Source of the DNA: a virus
Taxonomy: Duplodnaviria; Caudoviricetes
IMG/VR virus record: IMGVR_UViG_3300025653_000122
Location: 1 to 34,570 of that record
Length of the DNA stretch: 34,570 nucleotides
Reading direction: 5' to 3' (one strand)
Shown: positions 1 to 7,523 of the stretch, one piece after another
How positions within the stretch are numbered: position 1 is the stretch's first letter
Layout of the letters: each line of letters starts with the position of its first letter
Program-made: the position numbers and the translations under genes
Notes under the pieces: generated by a model
Told to the model about the DNA's origin: nothing
What the model saw: the letters and a program-made list of their open reading frames with translations, nothing else
Database searches by the model: none

Positions 1-192
1 TTCTGAATCCATGTCCATTGTATCATACTGCATGTATTTTTCAATGCGGTTTGGACTTCCTGCATAAACATCCGGTAGATATGATGAATAGTTGGAACGT
101 GCTGGACCAGGTCGTCCGCCACCACTTATTGGGCTGTACGATCCTGATTGGTTTTCGGTGTTAACCGGCGTAAAGTATTTTTTCCAACTCAT
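1..192 (-). CDS. Portal (head vertex) protein, T4 gp20-like, N-terminal 64 codons; continues off the left edge
   Basis: Not in the ORF track. ATG at 192-190 with AGGAT upstream; reads MSWKKYFTPVNTENQSGSYSPISGGGRPGPARSNYSSYLPDVYAGSPNRIEKYMQYDTMDMDSE. The 'RIxxYxxYxxMDxDSE' segment resembles the N-terminus of gp20-type portals of large myoviruses. Confidence 0.7.
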   Translation of the reverse strand, partial: MSWKKYFTPVNTENQSGSYSPISGGGRPGPARSNYSSYLPDVYAGSPNRIEKYMQYDTMDMDSE

Positions 193-208
193 TTCTTATC
201 CTATATTA

Positions 209-2926
209 TTATACAGCAAATGCATCATTTGTCAACCCCGACGTAACACCAATATGTCTTTGGGTTAGAGTGTTATTAATTCTTGTTAATCCTACTAGTT
301 CTTGTATGCTACTATTTAACTCTTTCATGATCGTCAATTGTGAGTTTGTGGATTGTCCATGATCTATTGACTTAGTAACTGAAGCAGTGGTGGTTCCTGC
401 ACTCATAAGATCTTTGGTTGCTTTTTCTTCGTCTGCTATTAGCATATTTTGGACACTGCCGATGAACGAACGCATGGTTCCTGTCACACCACTTGCCACA
501 ACTTCTGCCATTTGCATTGGAGTTACTACTGCTTCCATTCCGTGTAGCATTGCTGGAGTTCCTTCACCAAAGTTTCCAAACAGTTTGTTTAGGCTTCCTA
601 AAGTACCACCTGCAAACATCGCTGGCATTTGGTTTCCTGCTTCCTGCTGTTTTTTAAGTTCTTCTGCCTTGAGCTCCGCAATCTTCTTTTCCATATCGAG
701 GATTCTTGCTCTGGATTGTGCCTGTCCATAACTTTCTCTACCAAGTCCGCCATCCATTATGCCATATTCGTCCTCGCCAGCCAAACTTCTCTCGAGCCTT
801 GCCTTTTCCTTGGCAATTTCCGCTTCATACTCTTCCATGGTGTTGACACCGGCGCCAGTTAGATTCACCAATTTTTCAGCCATCTTCTTGCCATCAAGTA
901 GACCAAATGATAGGGTTTCGACAAATGCACCAGCGCCAGCCGAGAACCTTTCTCCCATAGTGGCTGCTTCGCCTTCGTCAAGTCCTAGGTAATCCTCAGC
1001 ATTCATTCCTGCCTGGACACCCTTGAATCCTGCGTATCCTATACTTGCTATGGCTGCTATTGGGCCTGCAAATCTTGCTGCGGCTCCCGCACCTCTAAGT
1101 AGGGATCCGCCCACTCCTGGCTTAGTTGCTAGATTTGTTACTGCCTTAGGAAGTAATTTTTTTCCAACATTTCCAATTGCATTAGCACTGCCTGTAAATG
1201 CCTTGCCTAATAATTTTAATGGGCCTTTGACTATGGACATTAATCCTTGTGCGCCCATGGCTAGTGCTGCCGCAAAGGCCGCACTTTCAAGAGCAAACAA
1301 TGCCGCTTCGGCGGCTATTGCTCCTGCTTGTATCTTGTCAATATTTTCTACGGATTTGTTTAATACTCTGGGAAGATTTTGCAAAGCCAAATCAACTGGG
1401 CCACCGTCGGCAAACATGTCTGTGAGAGGTTTGATGCTAATCTGATTTAGATTAGAAGTCATCTTGTTAGCGGCTGTATTAATTTGATTTCTAAAAGATT
1501 CTATGGTAGCAGGATCAATTATGGGTTCGCCATCTTCCGTAAATTTGACTCCCTTCTTGGCATTCTCAATTGTTGTTTCTATATCCTTGGTAACTTCTTC
1601 CAATGATTTTTGACGTGCAGCAACATTGTGAGCAGCCACGACAAATCCTTCCATCTCCTTGTCAAATAAACCAAGTACTTCACCAGTCGCCGACTTTGCA
1701 AATGCTTCTGCTTCTTTTGAATAAGTCTCGTAAAAGGCATCAGCAAATTTTTCACCCAAGGTTCCTGTTTTAATCTGTTGATACATGTTCTGCGCCATGC
1801 CACTAGATTCTTTTAGATATGTCATGGCGGCTATACCAGCATCGGATGTTGCTGTACCAGTCGCTAAAATTTCCTTGATGCCCGCTCTGTGTGCTTCAGG
1901 AACCGAGTCCATCAGTTTTTTCATCTCGGCCTGTTGCTTCGGATTGAGTTTAGACATCATGATACGATACTGCGCATCAGCCTGTCTAGCGTCTTCTTCT
2001 GCCTGTAGTGATTCCTTGCTCTTACCAGTTAACTTGGATACTGCATCCAAGTTTTTCATGTATTCGTGCGTGCCTTCCATTAACTGGTCTTGCGTCATGC
2101 CTTCCAGTCTGCCGTTCTTTGCTAGCATCTTGGCGTAGTCTAGGAAGCCTTCATTCATTGCTTCTGTACTATAACCTAATCTTGCTAGATCATTAAAGAA
2201 AGGACTCTTTTTAAACTTTTCACCAAATTTTGCAAGTTCTTTGGCTCCGGTTGCCGTGTCGCCTCCAAACAGCATTAGTGCTTCGCTGTTGTTGGCTATC
2301 ATGTTGCTGTATTGGGTTAGAGTCAAGCCCATCTTGCCTGCTGCTGTAACAACTCCGTTGAGATTACCGCTGAAGTTAGCACCTACTGATGCTGCTTGTT
2401 GGAATGCATCTCTAGTTCTATCTAGTGCTGCCACAGTTGGCATAAGAGCAGCAGCAGTTGCTTCTGCAGCCATTCCCAAACCGGGTATAGATCCCATCGC
2501 TGTGGCAATGGTTTGTGTGGCACCGGTCAGCGATCCATCCATGGTCGCTAGACCATCGGCTGCTGCACTTACACGTTTTAGGAATTCAAGACCACCTGTT
2601 GCTACCTTACGGATAACATTGGCCAAGCCCTGCATTTTGTTTCTTAGGGCATCGGTATTTTTTTCAACCGCATCAGTATTTTGCTCTTGTGCCTTATAAG
2701 CTCTTAGATTGCTCTCTTTAAATTTTTTGCCTGCTTTGGCTGCATCTCTAGATTTTTGGGCTAATTCTCTAATGCCCTTGTCAAGATCCTCACCGCTTTT
2801 GAAGCCTTTTGCCGCATTTGCAGCAATGATCTTCTGCATTTCCAAAATTTGCTTGAGAGTGGCTTCGGTCGCAGCATTATTAAGAATAATGTCTTCTTGT
2901 CCAAATTGTCCTGTTACTTCAGCCAT
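209..2926 (-). CDS. Tail tape measure protein (905 aa)
   Basis: Long Ala/Gly-rich helical protein with hydrophobic stretches (AIAAEAALFALESAAFAAALAMGAQGLMSIV; FAGPIAAIASIGYAGF) and a C-terminal 'FAGGTLG...GTPAMLHGMEAVVTP' motif typical of tape measures; lies next to the chaperone pair. Confidence 0.8.
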   Translation of the reverse strand: MAEVTGQFGQEDIILNNAATEATLKQILEMQKIIAANAAKGFKSGEDLDKGIRELAQKSRDAAKAGKKFKESNLRAYKAQEQNTDAVEKNTDALRNKMQGLANVIRKVATGGLEFLKRVSAAADGLATMDGSLTGATQTIATAMGSIPGLGMAAEATAAALMPTVAALDRTRDAFQQAASVGANFSGNLNGVVTAAGKMGLTLTQYSNMIANNSEALMLFGGDTATGAKELAKFGEKFKKSPFFNDLARLGYSTEAMNEGFLDYAKMLAKNGRLEGMTQDQLMEGTHEYMKNLDAVSKLTGKSKESLQAEEDARQADAQYRIMMSKLNPKQQAEMKKLMDSVPEAHRAGIKEILATGTATSDAGIAAMTYLKESSGMAQNMYQQIKTGTLGEKFADAFYETYSKEAEAFAKSATGEVLGLFDKEMEGFVVAAHNVAARQKSLEEVTKDIETTIENAKKGVKFTEDGEPIIDPATIESFRNQINTAANKMTSNLNQISIKPLTDMFADGGPVDLALQNLPRVLNKSVENIDKIQAGAIAAEAALFALESAAFAAALAMGAQGLMSIVKGPLKLLGKAFTGSANAIGNVGKKLLPKAVTNLATKPGVGGSLLRGAGAAARFAGPIAAIASIGYAGFKGVQAGMNAEDYLGLDEGEAATMGERFSAGAGAFVETLSFGLLDGKKMAEKLVNLTGAGVNTMEEYEAEIAKEKARLERSLAGEDEYGIMDGGLGRESYGQAQSRARILDMEKKIAELKAEELKKQQEAGNQMPAMFAGGTLGSLNKLFGNFGEGTPAMLHGMEAVVTPMQMAEVVASGVTGTMRSFIGSVQNMLIADEEKATKDLMSAGTTTASVTKSIDHGQSTNSQLTIMKELNSSIQELVGLTRINNTLTQRHIGVTSGLTNDAFAV

Positions 2927-2952
2927 TTATTTTTTTCCCAGAAATATACGCA

Positions 2953-2960
2953 TATAAATA
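2953..2960 (+). promoter_or_regulatory. T4-type late promoter TATAAATA for the chaperone gene
   Basis: Exact T4 gp55 consensus ~45 nt upstream of ATG 3005; a gp55-like sigma is encoded in the window. Confidence 0.75.
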
Positions 2961-2986
2961 CATTTGCCTACACGGCAATAATATAT

Positions 2987-2994
2987 TATTTATC
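2987..2994 (-). promoter_or_regulatory. Late promoter GATAAATA for the tape measure/portal operon
   Basis: Minus-strand GATAAATA ~60 nt upstream of the tape measure ATG (2926). Confidence 0.65.
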
Positions 2995-3004
2995 GGAGAA
3001 AAAA

Positions 3005-3901
3005 ATGGACCAAAATACTGAGTTACCAAAGGTAGAGATAGCCGGAACTCCTGGTGCTCAAAAAGAAAGCCAGAGTCCTCTATCAGCCTACTATAGGCAA
3101 CCTAAAATTTACATTAGCCTGCCCAGCAAGGGAGAGTTCTATCCCGAAGGCGCATTGGATAAAAGTGAGGACGGACAATATGCTGTCTATTCTATGACAG
3201 CCAGAGACGAACTTATGTTCAAGACCCCGGACGCACTAATGAACGGACAATCAACTGTAGCCGTAATACAGAGCTGCATTCCTAGTATTAAAGATGCTTG
3301 GAAGATGCCTTCTATTGATGTTGATGCAACACTAATTGCTATTAGAATTGCAACCTATGGCGAAAAGATGGACATTGATTCAAATTGTCCTAAATGCAAG
3401 GAAGAACTAAGACATGAATACAATCTAACGGACTTTTTAGATCAAATGGCAAAGTTCCAATACATCAAACAGTTCCAAGTTGGTGATTTAACTTTTCACA
3501 TTCGTCCTTTTACGTACAGAGAAACTACCAAGCACACTATTAGCAAAATCGAACAGGAAAAAATCTTTAACATCGTAAATGATACTACTATGTCAGAAGA
3601 AGAAAAACTTGATAGATTTGGCGTGAGCTTTGTTAAGATTACCGAAATTACTGTTGAACTAATTGCAGACGCAGTTCATCAAATTGATACTCCGAATGGA
3701 TCAGAATCTAACAGAGATGCAATTAAAGCATTTGTTCTAAATGCTGAACATGGTATTTTTGAAAGTATCAATAAAAAACTACAGGAAATGAAGCAGACCC
3801 TTGAACTTAAGGTTAAGAATGCAAAATGTGATAAGTGCGAACACACATTTGATATAGGCATTACTATGGATCAAGCGGATTTTTTCGCCGCAAGATCTTA
3901 A
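3005..3901 (+). CDS. Baseplate hub/tail assembly chaperone, T4 gp26-like (298 aa)
   Basis: Real start is ATG 3005 (GGAG at 2995-2998), not 2849. Motifs 'PKIYISLPSKGEFY', 'MTARDELMFKTPDAL', 'DATLIAIRIATYGE', two CxxC pairs (CPKC, CDKC) and C-terminal 'DFF'. Confidence 0.75.
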   Translation: MDQNTELPKVEIAGTPGAQKESQSPLSAYYRQPKIYISLPSKGEFYPEGALDKSEDGQYAVYSMTARDELMFKTPDALMNGQSTVAVIQSCIPSIKDAWKMPSIDVDATLIAIRIATYGEKMDIDSNCPKCKEELRHEYNLTDFLDQMAKFQYIKQFQVGDLTFHIRPFTYRETTKHTISKIEQEKIFNIVNDTTMSEEEKLDRFGVSFVKITEITVELIADAVHQIDTPNGSESNRDAIKAFVLNAEHGIFESINKKLQEMKQTLELKVKNAKCDKCEHTFDIGITMDQADFFAARS

Positions 3902-3925
3902 CCCTTCCCTTGCCGGAGATCTTGC
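3880..3925 (+). promoter_or_regulatory. Candidate -1 programmed ribosomal frameshift signal (T TTT TTC plus 3' stem-loop)
   Basis: X XXY YYZ heptamer at 3880-3886 in the correct phase; 9-bp inverted repeat GCAAGATCT (3890-3898)/AGATCTTGC (3917-3925); the -1 frame is open into ORF 3910-4113. Confidence 0.7.
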
Positions 3926-4113
3926 AGGAAGTAAAAAAACTCGATAAAGAGGCAAGGGAAATCAAGAAAGAAGTTCTCAAAATGTGTTGGTATATGAGAG
4001 GTCTTTCTTACAGTGAAGGCATGACTCTGGGTTATGAAGAGAGAGAAATCGTAGCCGAAATAATCAAAGAAAATATCGAAACAACTAAGAAAACGCAGTT
4101 GCCTTTCTTCTAG
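3883..4113 (+). CDS. gp51-like small baseplate assembly protein, probably made as the -1 frameshift extension of the upstream chaperone
   Basis: 'LKMCWYMRGLSYSEGMTLGYEEREIVAEIIKE' resembles gp51/tail chaperone T segments; no ATG at its 5' end (track start is TTG 3910). Confidence 0.65.
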   Translation, partial: FRRKILTLPLPEILQEVKKLDKEAREIKKEVLKMCWYMRGLSYSEGMTLGYEEREIVAEIIKENIETTKKTQLPFF

Positions 4114-6458
4114 GCCGCTAGTAATTTCTTAGCATCTTTTACAGCATCGGGTCCTAATTTTTTAATTTCAGAAGCAAGTGATTTTATGTCCACAGGAGCA
4201 GTTGTAGGGCTCTGTGCTGTGTTTTGTTGATCTGTTGGTGTAGTTGTAGTGTCTCCGCCTTGACCACCGCTTGTTGACGCTGTATTTGTGTCTGTGGCGC
4301 CATCTGTAGGTGCTCCTACTGGATTGCCTGTCTTGTCAAGATTGTCTTCGGGTGAAGCATCGGGAGATCCTGCTTTTGGTTCGGCAATTGGTTTGCCAGT
4401 TTTATCCATAAGACCCGCTTTTGGAAAATTATAAGTTTTGTTCTTTTCGTCCTTGATTGACAGGTGGGTTTCACGACCATCTTCGGACGGGCCAACAATT
4501 GTTCCTTTCATCTGTTGACCTTTACTTGTCTTGAATGTGACTTCGGTTCCCTTTTCAATGCCTTGCTTTTTCAATTCCTTGGCTGCTGTAAATTCTTTTT
4601 CTACTTGTTTTTCTTCCTGTGGAGAAAGACCTCTTCCAAGTCTTAAGGCTCTCTGTTCCTTTGCTTTGCCTAGTGCATCTGCATCATCTGTTGTGTCATC
4701 TGTTGCTGCTGGTTCGTCTCCGCCTGCATTGGTATCTGCCGCGCCTGTGTCAGTGGTGCTTGAACCTTCATCGCCTGCTGTTGAATCCTTAGGACTATCT
4801 GCATTTGTTTCTGAATCTGCTGCTGTTTCATCTTTATCACCATCCGGTGCATCCGTTGCCTTAGGAACTTCAATCTTCATCGAATCGTAAGTGCCCTTGA
4901 TAACATCATCTGCAACACCCATGTTCTTGATAATGTCGTAAACTTCTGCGCTGTCTGTGGGTGAATTTGCTTTCTTCCATGCACTCATTAACTTTTCTGC
5001 GGTTACCTTTGTGGTAATCTGCTTGCCTGCACCCTTCATGAAACCGCCAACCGCTGTCGCTGCTTTCTTAATTGCATCAAGTGGTCCTTCATTGATTGTC
5101 TGTTTGTTGCGGTGTGCGAGTGCATCAAACACGCTTTCAAACATCAGTTTGTTTTCCAGCATGTGGGTGTTTACTGTTTCTAATCTGTTAAACAGTAGAT
5201 AAATTTGTCCTTCGGAAAGTTTCTGTCCTACGTATGTTTTGCTTTCCTTAGGTGCTTCTCCGTCTGTAAGTTCTGCTTTTTCTTCTGGACTGATGGGTTT
5301 TGCGTCGTGCATATTTTTTGCATTATCATCAACCGTCTGTAGAGCACCCTGTGCTGCTGCGGCTGCGCCACCACCGATGTCCATAATTTTTTCAATTGCT
5401 GCATCTGCGTTATCAAGCACGGCAATGGCAGCATCCATCTGAGGACCTGTTAGTTGATCCTTAGGTATATCTCCAATTGTCTTTGCAAGTGCTGTTAGAT
5501 CTGCATTTGCTTCCTGTGTGGTAGATAGGAAACCGTGTAACTTGCCTGCTGCTTCATAGTATTCTGGACTAAATGTATCTGCCGCATAATAGGCATTAGT
5601 TAATTCTTTGTATTGTGCTACTTGATCAGGAGTCATTGTTAAATCATAGTTATAAAAGAATCCGTTAATGTTACCTGACATTTTTAAATTCTGAGCACCA
5701 TCAAGCACACCTGCATCAAAACCTGCATCTGCTACTGCCTTGTCCACTGCCGCTGTAAAGTTGGCTTTTTGAAATTGATCCAACATGGCATCGGCTTCTG
5801 CTTCACTGGCACTTGCAATATTGTCAATGATGTTGTCACTTATGCCTTGGATTGCTGCACCAGCAAGAGCACCATATGCTGCTGTTTTGACTGACTTACC
5901 AACCGCTGTTGAAAGTTTTGATCCCTGTAATAAATCTTTTGTTGCTCGTGCAAGGAAACCTGCTACTGCGCCGCCCGCTGGTCCGGCTGCAAGTGCAGCG
6001 GCTGCTGTTAGGATACCCACTGCTATGGTTGCCTTGCCTGGATTTTCCTTTGCCCAGTTGCTTACGCCCTGAATGGCTTGGACAATCTTTGAATCCTTGT
6101 TGTTTGCCGTAATCTGTTGTTTGAGCTTTTCAAATTCTGCATCCGCATTTTTGATCGGACCTGCCTTCTGAACCATTCCGCCCAATTGATTGATTAGGTC
6201 ATCAATTTTTTTCACGGCCTCCACGGGCAGTTTTGCTATGTCAACGGTCTTGCCCGCCAGCGTTCTATTGTCTCCGGCATTCTGTTCAACGCTCTTGAAT
6301 ATTCCCGCAATTTGATCCTGCGAAAGTGCTGCTTCAAAAATTACCTGTTCAACACTGGCCACCCAGGGTGTTATCACACGCTGTTCAAAAAGTGTTAGTT
6401 GGGGATTACCAAATTCTTCAGTAACCATCTTTCTATTTTGTATCTGGCCAAGTCTCAT
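4110..6458 (-). CDS. Probable virion internal (head/ejection) protein, 782 aa, with a Gly/Ala hydrophobic hairpin and acidic low-complexity linkers
   Basis: Long ORF coupled to the upstream gene by a TAATG overlap at 6458; under a late promoter; N-terminus MRLGQI...VTE; hydrophobic segment ATIAVGILTAAAALAAGPAGGAVAGFLA. The function is inferred. Confidence 0.55.
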   Translation of the reverse strand: MRLGQIQNRKMVTEEFGNPQLTLFEQRVITPWVASVEQVIFEAALSQDQIAGIFKSVEQNAGDNRTLAGKTVDIAKLPVEAVKKIDDLINQLGGMVQKAGPIKNADAEFEKLKQQITANNKDSKIVQAIQGVSNWAKENPGKATIAVGILTAAAALAAGPAGGAVAGFLARATKDLLQGSKLSTAVGKSVKTAAYGALAGAAIQGISDNIIDNIASASEAEADAMLDQFQKANFTAAVDKAVADAGFDAGVLDGAQNLKMSGNINGFFYNYDLTMTPDQVAQYKELTNAYYAADTFSPEYYEAAGKLHGFLSTTQEANADLTALAKTIGDIPKDQLTGPQMDAAIAVLDNADAAIEKIMDIGGGAAAAAQGALQTVDDNAKNMHDAKPISPEEKAELTDGEAPKESKTYVGQKLSEGQIYLLFNRLETVNTHMLENKLMFESVFDALAHRNKQTINEGPLDAIKKAATAVGGFMKGAGKQITTKVTAEKLMSAWKKANSPTDSAEVYDIIKNMGVADDVIKGTYDSMKIEVPKATDAPDGDKDETAADSETNADSPKDSTAGDEGSSTTDTGAADTNAGGDEPAATDDTTDDADALGKAKEQRALRLGRGLSPQEEKQVEKEFTAAKELKKQGIEKGTEVTFKTSKGQQMKGTIVGPSEDGRETHLSIKDEKNKTYNFPKAGLMDKTGKPIAEPKAGSPDASPEDNLDKTGNPVGAPTDGATDTNTASTSGGQGGDTTTTPTDQQNTAQSPTTAPVDIKSLASEIKKLGPDAVKDAKKLLAA

Positions 6459-7369
6459 TAGAGCAACCTCATTAATTGTTGTTTTTCTCTCATCGGAAGA
6501 TTAGATAATTGATCTGCGAGTTCTGGCGGTAATTTTGAACCGGGTTTTGCAAATTGATCCTTGGCTGATTGTCCCGCGGATTTCAATGCTCCGCCAAAAC
6601 CACCACCCTGTGCATCCGCAGGCGCACTGCCCTTGCCAGTGTCTATTTGACCACCTTCATCGCGTTCAATTGCCTGTCTAACTGCTGCCATAAAAATCTT
6701 ATCTAACTGTCCGCTACTTAATACTACTGCGGCATCGTCCTCAAATATAAACTGTGCTTCGCTCCAGTCAATTGATTGATTAACAAGTTTTTTCTCGCTT
6801 GGTAATGGAATCTTTTTCTTGCCACCCTTGATTGATATTCCATTATCTGTATTGGGTTGGTTTCCTGTTTGTGTGTTTTGATTGGGTTGGTTTCCTGTTT
6901 GTGTATTTGTATTTTGATCGGTGTCGGACTTCTGTGCATCTTGTTTTGCCATTGCATCCTTGGCACCTTTTATACCACCCTTAACTGCATCAACTGCTCC
7001 CTGTGCAACGTTTCCTATGCCCTTGGCAACATTGCTAATTCCTTTTCCTATACCACCAGCAACCGTTCCTACAGCGGATCCAATCTTCTGCCCGGTTGTA
7101 ACCTTGGACATTTCCTCTTCGGCGGCTCCTGTTGGGTAATTGTTTTTCTTAAGAAAGTCTATTAATAATTGTGGTGTAGCGTCTTTTTTAATTTTTCCAA
7201 GGTAGATTTCAAATTGATCTTTCAACCAGTTTGCTTCCTTGCCTGCTTCCAGATCTCCCTGTGCTCGTTTATCACCCGCAAATGCCTTTACTCGTGAACC
7301 CATTCTTGATAAAAAACCCTGAGGTGCTTCATCGATCTGTTGTTCCGTAATGATTTCTTCTAAACGCAT
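6458..7369 (-). CDS. Probable virion internal protein, 303 aa, distantly paralogous to the downstream 782-aa protein
   Basis: Starts MRLEEIITEQQIDE; late promoter at 7401-7408; shares the LSxxQ(I/L)xxIF motif and a similar C-terminal helix with its neighbour. Confidence 0.55.
   Translation of the reverse strand: MRLEEIITEQQIDEAPQGFLSRMGSRVKAFAGDKRAQGDLEAGKEANWLKDQFEIYLGKIKKDATPQLLIDFLKKNNYPTGAAEEEMSKVTTGQKIGSAVGTVAGGIGKGISNVAKGIGNVAQGAVDAVKGGIKGAKDAMAKQDAQKSDTDQNTNTQTGNQPNQNTQTGNQPNTDNGISIKGGKKKIPLPSEKKLVNQSIDWSEAQFIFEDDAAVVLSSGQLDKIFMAAVRQAIERDEGGQIDTGKGSAPADAQGGGFGGALKSAGQSAKDQFAKPGSKLPPELADQLSNLPMREKQQLMRLL
6851..6904. repeat. 30-bp-period tandem duplication (24 identical bp) encoding NTQTGNQPN twice
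   Basis: ATTGGGTTGGTTTCCTGTTTGTGT at 6851-6874 and 6881-6904. Confidence 0.9.
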
Positions 7370-7400
7370 TGATTATCTTTCCATAACTGTTATGTAGTGT

Positions 7401-7408
7401 TATTTATT
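7401..7408 (-). promoter_or_regulatory. Late promoter AATAAATA
   Basis: Minus-strand AATAAATA ~32 nt upstream of ATG 7369. Confidence 0.65.
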
Positions 7409-7423
7409 CCTTTACACTGTGAG

Positions 7424-7519
7424 TAAGATCTAAAGATCTTATGCGTTTTCGCTTGCGCTCAACGCATTTTTTCTTCTTTCTTACTTTATATATATGAACA
7501 CAACAACTGCGAAGCAGTT
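7424..7519. repeat. Cluster of three inverted repeats around an AT-rich spacer (terminator or DNA-hairpin element)
   Basis: TAAGATC-TAAA-GATCTTA (7424-7441); ATGCGTT...AACGCAT (7441-7467) followed by a T run; AACTGC-GAA-GCAGTT (7505-7519). Confidence 0.7.
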
Positions 7520-7523
7520 TTGT

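Noticed and set aside
2849-3004. N-terminal 52 codons of the track ORF 2849-3901
   Set aside because: They overlap the tape measure start and the promoter region; ATG 3005 has a GGAG ribosome-binding site.
6851-6904. CRISPR-like or guide-array repeat
   Set aside because: Only two adjacent copies, in frame within a low-complexity protein linker, with no spacers.
387-7165. Many short antisense or alternate-frame ORFs over the tape measure and internal-protein genes
   Set aside because: Shadow ORFs of Ala/Gly-rich genes, with no ribosome-binding sites or recognisable motifs.
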